DNA of 47,786 bases, taken from contig JAVVRI010000002.1 of the NCBI GenBank assembly GCA_036654795.1, positions 1 to 47,786 of the forward strand, read 5' to 3'. The notes below the pieces were generated by a model. The model did no database searches and was not told where the DNA came from. It worked only from the letters and a program-made list of their open reading frames with translations. The translations under genes were made by a program, and so were the position numbers. Shown here piece by piece: positions 17,172-24,776 of the stretch. Origin of the DNA: Tannerellaceae bacterium (GTDB lineage Bacteria > Bacteroidota > Bacteroidia > Bacteroidales > Tannerellaceae). The number at the start of each line of letters is the position of its first letter. Within the stretch, counting starts at the first letter, position 1.

Positions 17172-18400
17172 CTCTTCTTTAGTATGCTGTTTACAACGCG
17201 TATGGAGGAGACTAGTTTGTCCGTGGAGGTAAAGACGTCGATGTTCCATACGTGCGAGGAGCGTCCTTTGTGGATGATGGTGCCGACGGCGCGTACGCTG
17301 TCTCCCTCGTGGGCGGAGGACATGTGGTTACCGCTGACCTGCATCCCTACGACAATCTCGTCTGGCTTGCAGAGGATCATGGAACCCAGTCCGGCAACGG
17401 TTTCGGCCAGTGCGAGGGTGGCGCCGCCGTGCAGGATGCCGAAGGGCTGGCGGGTACGCTCGTCCACCGGCATGGTTGCCTCCACACGCTCCTCGGAAGC
17501 GTAGGTATATTGGATGCCGAGATTGCCCATCAGGGCATGCTGTCCGCGTGCGTTTAGTTGGTCGAGTGGAATTTCGGCTGGGCGGATGCGGGCGATGACG
17601 GATTGTTCCACCGCCAAGGCTACACCGTCCATCTCGTTAGAGGCGGTGACGTAGTCGGCGCAAGCTTTTACCGAATCCTGTGCGTTTCCCATCGCGATAC
17701 CGAGGCCTGCTAGCTGAAGCATGCTGACGTCGCACACACCATCTCCGATGGCGATTACCTCTTCGGGCAGTACCTTGAGCATCTCCAGCAATACGCCGAG
17801 TGTGTTACCTTTATTTATGAAGGGGGGCACCACCTCGAGGAAGTAGGTTTCCGAGCGGAATACGTCCAAAGTACCGGCAAGGCGTTTAGCCCAATGGTTT
17901 TCCAATCCGAGGAGCAATTCCTCGTCGTCGCCCACCAGCACGCACTTGCAGGGCTCGAAGTCGATGGTCTCGGGGAAGTTCTCTGTCCGGACGATCTGCA
18001 TTTTGTTTAGTTCGGCCTCCTTTTGTATATGGGGGTTGTTCGGTTTGTCGGTGATGATGGAGTCTTTTAGGTAGGTAAAGATGGCGAAGTCGTTCTTTTT
18101 CGCCTTCTTGTCTATGTAAGGGAGCATCTCCCGATCAATTTTCTTTTCGAAAAGTAGGTCTCCTGTCTGTGCGTTCAGTATTTGCCCTCCGTTGTAGGAG
18201 AGGACAAAGCCGCCGTAGTGATGCAGTTCCAGCATCTGAGCCAGAGGCATGACGCCGTAGGTTGGCCGGCCGGAAGCCAGCACGATGTGTAGCCCCATTT
18301 GCTGTACTTTCAGCAGGGCAGCCAGTGTACGCGGGGTAATCTCTTTTTTGTCATTGAGCAATGTCCCGTCCACATCCAAAACTAATAACTTATACTTCAT
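17168..18400 (-). CDS. Fusion of a Cof-type HAD-IIB phosphatase with a PaaI/YbdB/YdiI-type hotdog thioesterase (candidate DHNA-CoA thioesterase)
   Basis: N-terminus: LLVLDVDGTLL (HAD motif I), LASGRP and IGDGVCDVSML. C-terminus: QPFGILHGGATLALAETVAG...GRSSHVWNIDV (hotdog fold). The ORF track starts at 18541. I prefer ATG 18400 (MKYKLLVLDVDG) because a -7 box lies inside the extension. Confidence 0.75.
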   Translation of the reverse strand: MKYKLLVLDVDGTLLNDKKEITPRTLAALLKVQQMGLHIVLASGRPTYGVMPLAQMLELHHYGGFVLSYNGGQILNAQTGDLLFEKKIDREMLPYIDKKAKKNDFAIFTYLKDSIITDKPNNPHIQKEAELNKMQIVRTENFPETIDFEPCKCVLVGDDEELLLGLENHWAKRLAGTLDVFRSETYFLEVVPPFINKGNTLGVLLEMLKVLPEEVIAIGDGVCDVSMLQLAGLGIAMGNAQDSVKACADYVTASNEMDGVALAVEQSVIARIRPAEIPLDQLNARGQHALMGNLGIQYTYASEERVEATMPVDERTRQPFGILHGGATLALAETVAGLGSMILCKPDEIVVGMQVSGNHMSSAHEGDSVRAVGTIIHKGRSSHVWNIDVFTSTDKLVSSIRVVNSILKKR

Positions 18401-18426
18401 AACCTTTGTGTTTTTATAATCCGATA

Positions 18427-18434
18427 CAAATATA
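18427..18434 (-). promoter_or_regulatory. Candidate -7 box (TATATTTG on the minus strand) for the men operon
   Basis: Plus-strand CAAATATA lies 26 nt upstream of ATG 18400. Confidence 0.45.
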
Positions 18435-18497
18435 CAGAATGTTTTTTCCCTCTTTTCTATCTTGGCGCGGTTTTGTTTGAAATAGTCTGCTTCCGGA

Positions 18498-20387
18498 TTA
18501 CAGTCCGGCGATGTAGGCATAGAGCTCGCGATAGAAAGCATGGCGTGTCAGGGTGGTAGCGTCTCCGATGATGATGAGCTTCATGCGGGCACGGGTGATG
18601 GCTACGTTCATCCGGCGTAGGTCGCCTAAGAAGCCGATCTGCCCCTGCTCGTTCGAGCGGACGAGGCTGATGAGGATCACGTCTCGCTCCTGTCCCTGAA
18701 AGCCGTCCACGGTATGGATAGTGATGAGGCGGCGCAGAGGTTTGAAGAAGTCGTTTGAGCGGATCAGGTTGCGAAGGTAATGCACCTGTGCTTTGTAAGG
18801 AGAGATGAGGCCGAAGTCGATGCCTTCGTCCAATACACGTTCCTTGCCGATCTTTTCTACATAACTTTTAAGGTTGCTGACCAGTTGCTCTGCTTCGGTC
18901 TTGTTGAGGCGGCTCATGCCTTCGCCCTGCTGCTGTTCGCCGGTGTCGTCCGTATCGGTGTTGGTGTCGATCCAGACCATCGGGGTGTCGTATTCTAGGA
19001 TGCCGCGATGTTTCACCTCAGGTGCCGACTGTAGCTTGCCGTGATAGAACCAGCGGGAGGGAAAGCGCATGATGTCATCGTGCATGCGATATTGTACGGT
19101 CAGTAACGAGACGACTTCGGGTTTGCCTGTCGCCACCTTCTCCAGCAGTGTGTGATCCAATCCGCCGCGGGCGGCTTCTATACATTTAATAGTAGGGGGG
19201 AGCTGCTGATGGTCGCCTGCTAGGATAACGCGGTCGGCCTTGCCGATGCCGATCCAGCAAGCAGCCTCCAGCGCTTGTGCCGCTTCGTCAATAAAGAGGG
19301 TGCTAAAGTGGCGGTTGGTAAGCACGCGGTTGGCGGCTCCGACGAGGGTGCAGGCTATTACGCGTGCTTCGTTGAAGAGGTCGTTGTCTATCTGTACCTC
19401 CAGTTCCGTTGCGCGAAAGCGAAGGCGCGAGAGGCGGTTACGTGCTGTCTCTCGTTCGCCGGCACTCTTGCGGCGGAGGGCAGACTGCGTTTCGCGGATG
19501 GCTTTGCGGATGCTCCATAGCTCGGCGTAGTCGGGATGCGCTTCGAAACGCTTTTCGTAGGTAAAGGAGAGCATTTTGTCGTTTACCCGCGTGGGGTTTC
19601 CGATGCGGAGGACAGGGATGCCGCGGTCGGTCAGTTTCTCGGCGATCCAGTCTACCGCTGTGTTGCTCTGTGCGCAGACGATCACTTGGTTTTCGCGGTG
19701 AAGGGTTTCGTAGATAGCCTCGACGAGGGTTGTGGTCTTACCCGTTCCCGGAGGACCGTGTACGATGGCGACATCCTTGGCTGCCAGTACTTGGTTGACG
19801 GCTGCGTCCTGTGTGGCGTTTAACCAAGGGAAGCGGACGGGGAAGAGGCTTCGCTGTTCCGCCGGTAGGCGTCCCAAGAGCACTTCGCGGAGGTGAGCCA
19901 AGCGACCTTCCTTTGCCTTCATCACTTCGCTGAGGGCAGCAAACATGGTGGTGTAGCTGGTCTCGTCGAAGTAGAGCTGCACACCCAGATCGCGTGTGGC
20001 GGTTACTTCCGCCAGAGCTGCGGGGGCGGGAAGGGCTACGACCATCCGGTCTTCTTGCACGTAGCTGATGGTTGCCGTAAAGTTCAGGTAGCGCAGTTTG
20101 CCTCCCGTATCGGTGGTAAAGAAGCAGACGGGGCGGCCATATTCGAAGTTGTGTTCTATCTCTCTGTCCTCCCTTCTTTCTATCTCGACTACCAACTGGT
20201 TCAAGGAGTTGTAGTAACTTCGCCCAAGCAGGACGGGATGCCAGCAGACGCCCTGTTGTTTCTTCTTTAGGATACCGGTGCGCTCGGACTGTTGGCGGTA
20301 GGTTTCCTTCTCGTAGGCATATTCTTGTTGCAGGAGTTTGTGCTGTCGTTGCAAGTCAGCCAGAGGTGGAAGTATATGATTTGTCAT
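18498..20387 (-). CDS. SF1 helicase of the Upf1/DNA2/IGHMBP2-like (AAA_11/AAA_12) type
   Basis: 629 aa. Motifs present: Walker A GPPGTGKTTT, motif II LFIDEAAQ, TVDGFQGQERDVI and NVAITRAR. Confidence 0.8.
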   Translation of the reverse strand: MTNHILPPLADLQRQHKLLQQEYAYEKETYRQQSERTGILKKKQQGVCWHPVLLGRSYYNSLNQLVVEIERREDREIEHNFEYGRPVCFFTTDTGGKLRYLNFTATISYVQEDRMVVALPAPAALAEVTATRDLGVQLYFDETSYTTMFAALSEVMKAKEGRLAHLREVLLGRLPAEQRSLFPVRFPWLNATQDAAVNQVLAAKDVAIVHGPPGTGKTTTLVEAIYETLHRENQVIVCAQSNTAVDWIAEKLTDRGIPVLRIGNPTRVNDKMLSFTYEKRFEAHPDYAELWSIRKAIRETQSALRRKSAGERETARNRLSRLRFRATELEVQIDNDLFNEARVIACTLVGAANRVLTNRHFSTLFIDEAAQALEAACWIGIGKADRVILAGDHQQLPPTIKCIEAARGGLDHTLLEKVATGKPEVVSLLTVQYRMHDDIMRFPSRWFYHGKLQSAPEVKHRGILEYDTPMVWIDTNTDTDDTGEQQQGEGMSRLNKTEAEQLVSNLKSYVEKIGKERVLDEGIDFGLISPYKAQVHYLRNLIRSNDFFKPLRRLITIHTVDGFQGQERDVILISLVRSNEQGQIGFLGDLRRMNVAITRARMKLIIIGDATTLTRHAFYRELYAYIAGL

Positions 20388-20413
20388 TCGATGGATGCTT
20401 TTGTTTCAGCAGA

Positions 20414-20421
20414 CAAAAGTA
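20414..20421 (-). promoter_or_regulatory. Candidate -7 box (TACTTTTG on the minus strand) for the helicase gene
   Basis: Plus-strand CAAAAGTA lies 27 nt upstream of ATG 20387. Confidence 0.4.
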
Positions 20422-20433
20422 CGAATAATTCAT

Positions 20434-20441
20434 TATCTTTG
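20434..20441 (+). promoter_or_regulatory. Candidate -7 box (TATCTTTG) for the UPF0597 gene
   Basis: It fits TAnnTTTG and lies 33 nt upstream of ATG 20475, divergent from the helicase promoter. Confidence 0.4.
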
Positions 20442-20474
20442 CCGTCAGATTAATCAACGTAAAACGTCGTAACC

Positions 20475-21764
20475 ATGGATAATACTACAAAAGCACAAAT
20501 CATTGCGCTTATTCACCGGGAAGTGATCCCCGCAATTGGCTGTACCGAGCCGATTGCCGTAGCACTAGCTGCCGCCAAAGCAGCCGAAGTATTAGGTGTT
20601 TGTCCGGAAAGGACAGAAGTTCTCCTCAGTGCCAATATTCTTAAAAATGCGATGGGCGTAGGTATTCCCGGAACAGGGATGGTGGGTCTTCCCATTGCCA
20701 TCGCCTTAGGCTCCATCATTGGTAAATCAGCATATGGTCTGGAGGTGTTGCGCGATATGAATCCGGAAGGGCTGGTGGCTGCCAAAGCAATGGTAACATC
20801 TAAAAACATCCATATTTCGCTCAAGGAAGAGGTGGACAAGCTCTACATCGAAGTGCATAGCTATGCCGGGACGGATCATGCTTGCGCCATCATCAGCCAC
20901 GAACATACACATATTATATATGTAGAAAAGAACGGAGTCGTGCTGACCGACCTGCGCCAGTCCTCCACCACTACCCATGAGGAGAGTGAAGATGATGCGC
21001 TCAAACTCTCGTTCGACGTCGTCTATCAGTTTGCTACCGAAATGCCGTTAGACGAGATTGCTTTTATTCGCCACACTGCCGAGGTGAATAAAAGTGCTGC
21101 TCAGGCCTCTATGAAGGGACATTTCGGTCATGCGGTAAGCAAAACCGTCTCTGGCGCATTCGGCCGTAAGTTTATGGGCGACTCCCCTTATACCCACATG
21201 CTGATTCTGACCGCTGCCGCTTGCGATGCCCGTATGGACGGTGCTATGATCCCTGTTATGAGTAACTCCGGTAGCGGCAATCAAGGCATTGCCGCCACGT
21301 TGCCGGTCGTTTCGTTTGCCGAAGATATGCACGCCTCCGAGGAACAGTTGACGCGCGCCCTGATGTTGAGCCATCTGATGGTGATTTATATCAAGCAAAG
21401 CTTGGGGCGCCTATCCGCTCTATGCGGCTGCGTGGTGGCAGCTACGGGTGCTAGTTGTGGCATCACCTACCTGATGGGGGGGAGTTGTGCGCAAGTGTCC
21501 TATGCCATTAAAAATATGATTGGTAATATCACCGGCATGATCTGCGATGGCGCCAAGCCCAGTTGCGCCATGAAGGTATCCAGCGGCGTATCCACCGCCA
21601 TGCTTTCCGCCCTGATGGCGATGGAAAACAAAGTGGTCACCTCTGTAGAAGGCATTATTGATGAGAGTGTAGATAAATCTATCCTTAACCTAACTTCCAT
21701 CGGCTCTGTCGGCATGGAAGGAACAGATCGGTTGGTACTGGATATTATGACCAGCAAAAACTAA
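20475..21764 (+). CDS. UPF0597 / serine-dehydratase-alpha-like protein (L-cysteine desulfidase YhaM/CyuA family)
   Basis: 429 aa. PAIGCTEPIAVALAAA and MSNSGSGNQG are characteristic of this family as I recall it. Confidence 0.65.
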   Translation: MDNTTKAQIIALIHREVIPAIGCTEPIAVALAAAKAAEVLGVCPERTEVLLSANILKNAMGVGIPGTGMVGLPIAIALGSIIGKSAYGLEVLRDMNPEGLVAAKAMVTSKNIHISLKEEVDKLYIEVHSYAGTDHACAIISHEHTHIIYVEKNGVVLTDLRQSSTTTHEESEDDALKLSFDVVYQFATEMPLDEIAFIRHTAEVNKSAAQASMKGHFGHAVSKTVSGAFGRKFMGDSPYTHMLILTAAACDARMDGAMIPVMSNSGSGNQGIAATLPVVSFAEDMHASEEQLTRALMLSHLMVIYIKQSLGRLSALCGCVVAATGASCGITYLMGGSCAQVSYAIKNMIGNITGMICDGAKPSCAMKVSSGVSTAMLSALMAMENKVVTSVEGIIDESVDKSILNLTSIGSVGMEGTDRLVLDIMTSKN

Positions 21765-21770
21765 GGACTC

Positions 21771-21824
21771 ATTCATTCATTTGTCCGAACGATTAGTACT
21801 TTCGATACCAATAGTTAGTTCAAA
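21771..21824 (-). repeat. Copy B (inverted) of the 41-bp repeat, 19 nt beyond the UPF0597 stop
   Basis: TCCGAACGATTAGTACTTTCGATACCAATAGTTAGTTCAAA (21784-21824) is the reverse complement of copy A with 4 mismatches. It is preceded by ATTCATTCATTTG. Confidence 0.8.
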
Positions 21825-21865
21825 TTATTACGTATTATTATGCGTTTGGGCAAGCTCGAAATCTA

Positions 21866-21927
21866 TTTTGAGCAGGCTCAAAATTAAATTCAAGCATGGT
21901 GAAAATCAATTACGAGCTGGCTCAAAA
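21866..21927. promoter_or_regulatory. Two related dyads (TTTTGAGC-AG-GCTCAAAA and CGAGC-TG-GCTCAAAA) 44 bp apart
   Basis: The dyads lie at 21866-21883 and 21913-21927, inside an unusually long (362 bp) intergenic region upstream of the IclR gene. Confidence 0.4.
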
Positions 21928-22066
21928 GCATAATAGTATATAGGCAAAAAGGTAAAACATCCTATCTTTTTCATTAAATTTTAGCGTGGTTGCTCTCTAT
22001 CCAATGGGGATGTTAAATTAATTAGTGTATGCTATACAACACACTTAACGTATTTTTGCATACTTC

Positions 22067-22099
22067 TTGCACATCTTTAATCGTCTGCTCTTATATTTG
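22067..22099 (+). promoter_or_regulatory. Candidate promoter of the IclR-headed cluster
   Basis: TATATTTG (22092-22099) is a perfect -7 box. A TTG at 22067-22069 lies 22 bp upstream. The ATG is 27 nt downstream. Confidence 0.45.
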
Positions 22100-22105
22100 A
22101 TATAA

Positions 22106-22126
22106 ATCTGAAACATTATTTCATAT
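22106..22126. promoter_or_regulatory. 21-bp imperfect palindrome ATCTGAAACATTATTTCATAT (core TGAAAC-ATT-ATTTCA), a candidate IclR autoregulatory operator
   Basis: 8 of 10 arm positions are self-complementary. It lies between the -7 box and the IclR ATG (22127). The core resembles my recollection of the KdgR (IclR-family) box TGAAAC-N3-GTTTCA. Confidence 0.4.
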
Positions 22127-22936
22127 ATGGAAAGCACTGTGTTAAATGTGGAAAAGACGGATGAAAGCTATAAGGTGCCTAATCTGGAAAAAGGTATCGC
22201 TGTGCTGGAGTATTTGTCGCTCCATCCAGCAGGAGAAACTTTGCAGGAAATTAAGTCTGTGCTCGATATATCCCAAACAACTGCCTACCGTATATTAAAT
22301 ACGTTGGTTCGTTTGAATTATCTATTGTATAATGAAGACACCAAGCGTTACAGCCTTTCTCGCAAGATGCTTACGCTGGGTTTCCGGTCGCTGAATGAAC
22401 ATAATTTGCTTGAAACTGTTTTGCCTCGTTTACGCGATTTACGTGATGCTGTAAAGGAAACAGCTTGTTTCGGTGTGCTGGGAAATGAAAAGGGGATTTT
22501 TATTGAACAGGCGCAAGGACACCATACTTTTCGTTTTGTGCTTTCTCCCGGCAAACCGTTCGATTTGCATTGTTCTGCTCCCGGCAAAGCCATCATGGCT
22601 TACCTCCCGAACACAGTGCGCGATCGCTATCTTTCTATCATGGAGTTTACTCCTTATAATAGCCGCACGATTACTACCCAAGAAGCCTATTTGAAAGAAC
22701 TAGAACAGGTGCGCAAGCTTGGTTATTCGATGGATAACGAGGAGGAGCTGAATGGCGTGATTTGCATTGGTGCGCCGATTTTTAATTATACCGGTTACCC
22801 GTGCGGTGCTATTTGGATATCAGGTCCGAAAGATCGTCTGACGAAGGAGGTAATCCGCGCTTCTTCCCAGCAGATAAAAGAGGTTGCTAATACTATTTCT
22901 ACGGAATTAGGTTACGGTAAAATATATAAGAAATAA
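22127..22936 (+). CDS. IclR-family transcriptional regulator
   Basis: 269 aa. N-terminal wHTH LEKGIAVLEYLSLHPAGETLQEIKSVLDISQTTAYRILNTLVRLNYL. The C-terminal IclR effector domain carries RTITTQEAYLKELEQVRKLGYSMDNEEELNGVICIGAPIF. Confidence 0.85.
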   Translation: MESTVLNVEKTDESYKVPNLEKGIAVLEYLSLHPAGETLQEIKSVLDISQTTAYRILNTLVRLNYLLYNEDTKRYSLSRKMLTLGFRSLNEHNLLETVLPRLRDLRDAVKETACFGVLGNEKGIFIEQAQGHHTFRFVLSPGKPFDLHCSAPGKAIMAYLPNTVRDRYLSIMEFTPYNSRTITTQEAYLKELEQVRKLGYSMDNEEELNGVICIGAPIFNYTGYPCGAIWISGPKDRLTKEVIRASSQQIKEVANTISTELGYGKIYKK

Positions 22937-22955
22937 CACACAATACACTAGTATC

Positions 22956-24734
22956 ATGAACACACGAAAATATATAAGAACACAGTTGATTACGGCCTGC
23001 TTGATTGGCTTGTCTGTTGCTTTTGCAGCGGCGGGCAATCCTCCATTGTTTACTACGGACGTGGTGCTGAATGCGAAAGGGGAGATGCTTTTTGCACAAA
23101 AAGGTACAAAACGGATAGATGTTTTTTCAACAGACGGAAAAACATTGTTGCGTTCTTATCCGCTGGACGAAGCTCCTACGGGTATTCTTTTGGATGGAGA
23201 CAAGGCGTATGTAACCACCTTTGGCTCTACAGGGCATTTGCAGATTCTGTTGTTGGAGACGGGTAGGGTAGAGGCTTCCATCCATACTGGCTCCGGCTCC
23301 TGTCACCCGATGTTTGGGGTGGACAAGAAAAAAATCTATGTCTGCAACCAGTTTGATAACAATGTGGTAGAAGTGGATTTGGCTCAGCGTAAAGTGGTGC
23401 GTAGTGCCAAGGTGCTGCGCGAACCCAAATCGGCTGTGCTTAGCAAAGATGGCAAATATATGTTTGTGCCCAACTTCCTGCCTGCCCAGCGTGCGGATTT
23501 GGATGTGGTCGCTGCGGCCGTCTCGGTTATTAAAATGGATGACTTCACTAAGGTAAAAGATATTCCGTTGGCAAATGGTAGCAATGCTTTGCGTGGTATT
23601 TGTATCACGCCGGATGGGAAGTATATTTATGTATCCCATAATTTGGGACGTTTCACCGTTCCGACCTCGCAGTTGCAACAAGGATGGATGAACACGAGTG
23701 CATTTAGTGTGATCGATGTCGCTGCTCAGTCGTTTGTCGGAGCCGTTCTGGTGGATGAGCCGGATCGTGGTGCAGCCGGTATATGGAGCATCGCTTGTAA
23801 CAACGAAAAGATATTTATCAGCCATAGTGGTACGCATGAGATTAGCGTGATTGATCATCAAGCTATGCTCGAACGGTTCCTTGCATATAAGGATAAAAGC
23901 CGTTTGGATTATGATTTGAACTTTCTATACGGTTTGCGTGAACGAATACCGGTTAGCGGTAATGGTCCGCGTTGTCTGCTTCTGGCAGGCAATCAACTGA
24001 TTGTTCCTACTTACTTTGCCGATGTGCTCAATGTGATGGATATTCAAACAAACGTAATGAAGTCTGTCGAGTTGAATCCCGGTCGTACGGAAACAGAGGA
24101 ACAGAAAGGTGAAAAATATTTTAATGATGCGATGAACTGCTTTCAAGGCTGGCAGAGTTGTAACGGATGCCATCCCGGCGATGCGCGTACCGATGGGATG
24201 AACTGGGACTTGATGAATGATGGTGTGGGTAATTCGAAAAACTGTAAAAGTATGCTTTATAGCCATGTTACGCCGCGTAACATGATTTCCGGTATTCGCG
24301 CTTCGGCTGAATTGGCTGTACGTGCCGGATTCAAATTTATCCAATTTTATGAAGTTTCTGAGGAGCAAGCCGCCGCGGTGGATGCCTACATGAAGGCTTT
24401 GCGCCCTGTGCCCAGTCCTTACTTGGTGAACGGTGAATTGTCGGACAAGGCAAAAGAGGGACGTAAGATATTTGATAAGCTCAAGTGTGGCGAGTGTCAT
24501 AGCGGTCCTTACTTTACCGACCTAAAGATGCACCGTATTGGTGAAAACGTGGAGTTCGAAGAGGGATGGGATACCCCTACGTTGGTTGAAGTATGGCGCA
24601 CGGCTCCCTACCTGTTTAATGGTCGGGCAGCCACGATGGAAGAGGTGTTTAGCGTTCATAAACACGGCATCGAAAAGAAGCGGGTTTCAAATAAAGAGAT
24701 AGAAGCATTAACAGAATATGTAAATTCACTTTAA
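22956..24734 (+). CDS. Secreted fusion of a beta-propeller (YVTN-like repeats) with a di-haem cytochrome c peroxidase/MauG-like domain
   Basis: 592 aa with a signal peptide. Repeated GK.(I/M)(Y/F)V... blades are present. Two CXXCH sites occur: CNGCH at nt 24159-24173 and CGECH at nt 24486-24500. The second lies in the CCP-typical context CGECHSGPYFTD...WDTPTLVEVWRTAPYLFNGRAATMEEV. Confidence 0.75.
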   Translation: MNTRKYIRTQLITACLIGLSVAFAAAGNPPLFTTDVVLNAKGEMLFAQKGTKRIDVFSTDGKTLLRSYPLDEAPTGILLDGDKAYVTTFGSTGHLQILLLETGRVEASIHTGSGSCHPMFGVDKKKIYVCNQFDNNVVEVDLAQRKVVRSAKVLREPKSAVLSKDGKYMFVPNFLPAQRADLDVVAAAVSVIKMDDFTKVKDIPLANGSNALRGICITPDGKYIYVSHNLGRFTVPTSQLQQGWMNTSAFSVIDVAAQSFVGAVLVDEPDRGAAGIWSIACNNEKIFISHSGTHEISVIDHQAMLERFLAYKDKSRLDYDLNFLYGLRERIPVSGNGPRCLLLAGNQLIVPTYFADVLNVMDIQTNVMKSVELNPGRTETEEQKGEKYFNDAMNCFQGWQSCNGCHPGDARTDGMNWDLMNDGVGNSKNCKSMLYSHVTPRNMISGIRASAELAVRAGFKFIQFYEVSEEQAAAVDAYMKALRPVPSPYLVNGELSDKAKEGRKIFDKLKCGECHSGPYFTDLKMHRIGENVEFEEGWDTPTLVEVWRTAPYLFNGRAATMEEVFSVHKHGIEKKRVSNKEIEALTEYVNSL

Positions 24735-24776
24735 AAACAAAGACGGGCTAATACTGTTAGTACCTCCAAAAGGAAT

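Noticed and set aside
17172-18541. N-terminal extensions in the ORF track: menF to 17249, the HAD/thioesterase to 18541, DUF418 from TTG 10137, and the PDZ protein to 45399.
   Set aside because: The downstream ATGs give canonical N-termini (HAD motif I, a signal peptide) or ATGA translational coupling. In addition, -7 promoter boxes fall inside two of the extensions. The PDZ start remains the least certain.
18498-20387. The SF1 helicase as a possible stand-alone defence gene.
   Set aside because: No nuclease, methylase or other defence partner is adjacent. It has its own divergent promoter and looks like the conserved Upf1/IGHMBP2-like housekeeping helicase.
23127-24500. 244-aa and 191-aa ORFs antisense to the propeller/CCP gene, and similar antisense ORFs across the 1331-aa gene.
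   Set aside because: They have no motifs and overlap strongly supported sense-strand coding regions.
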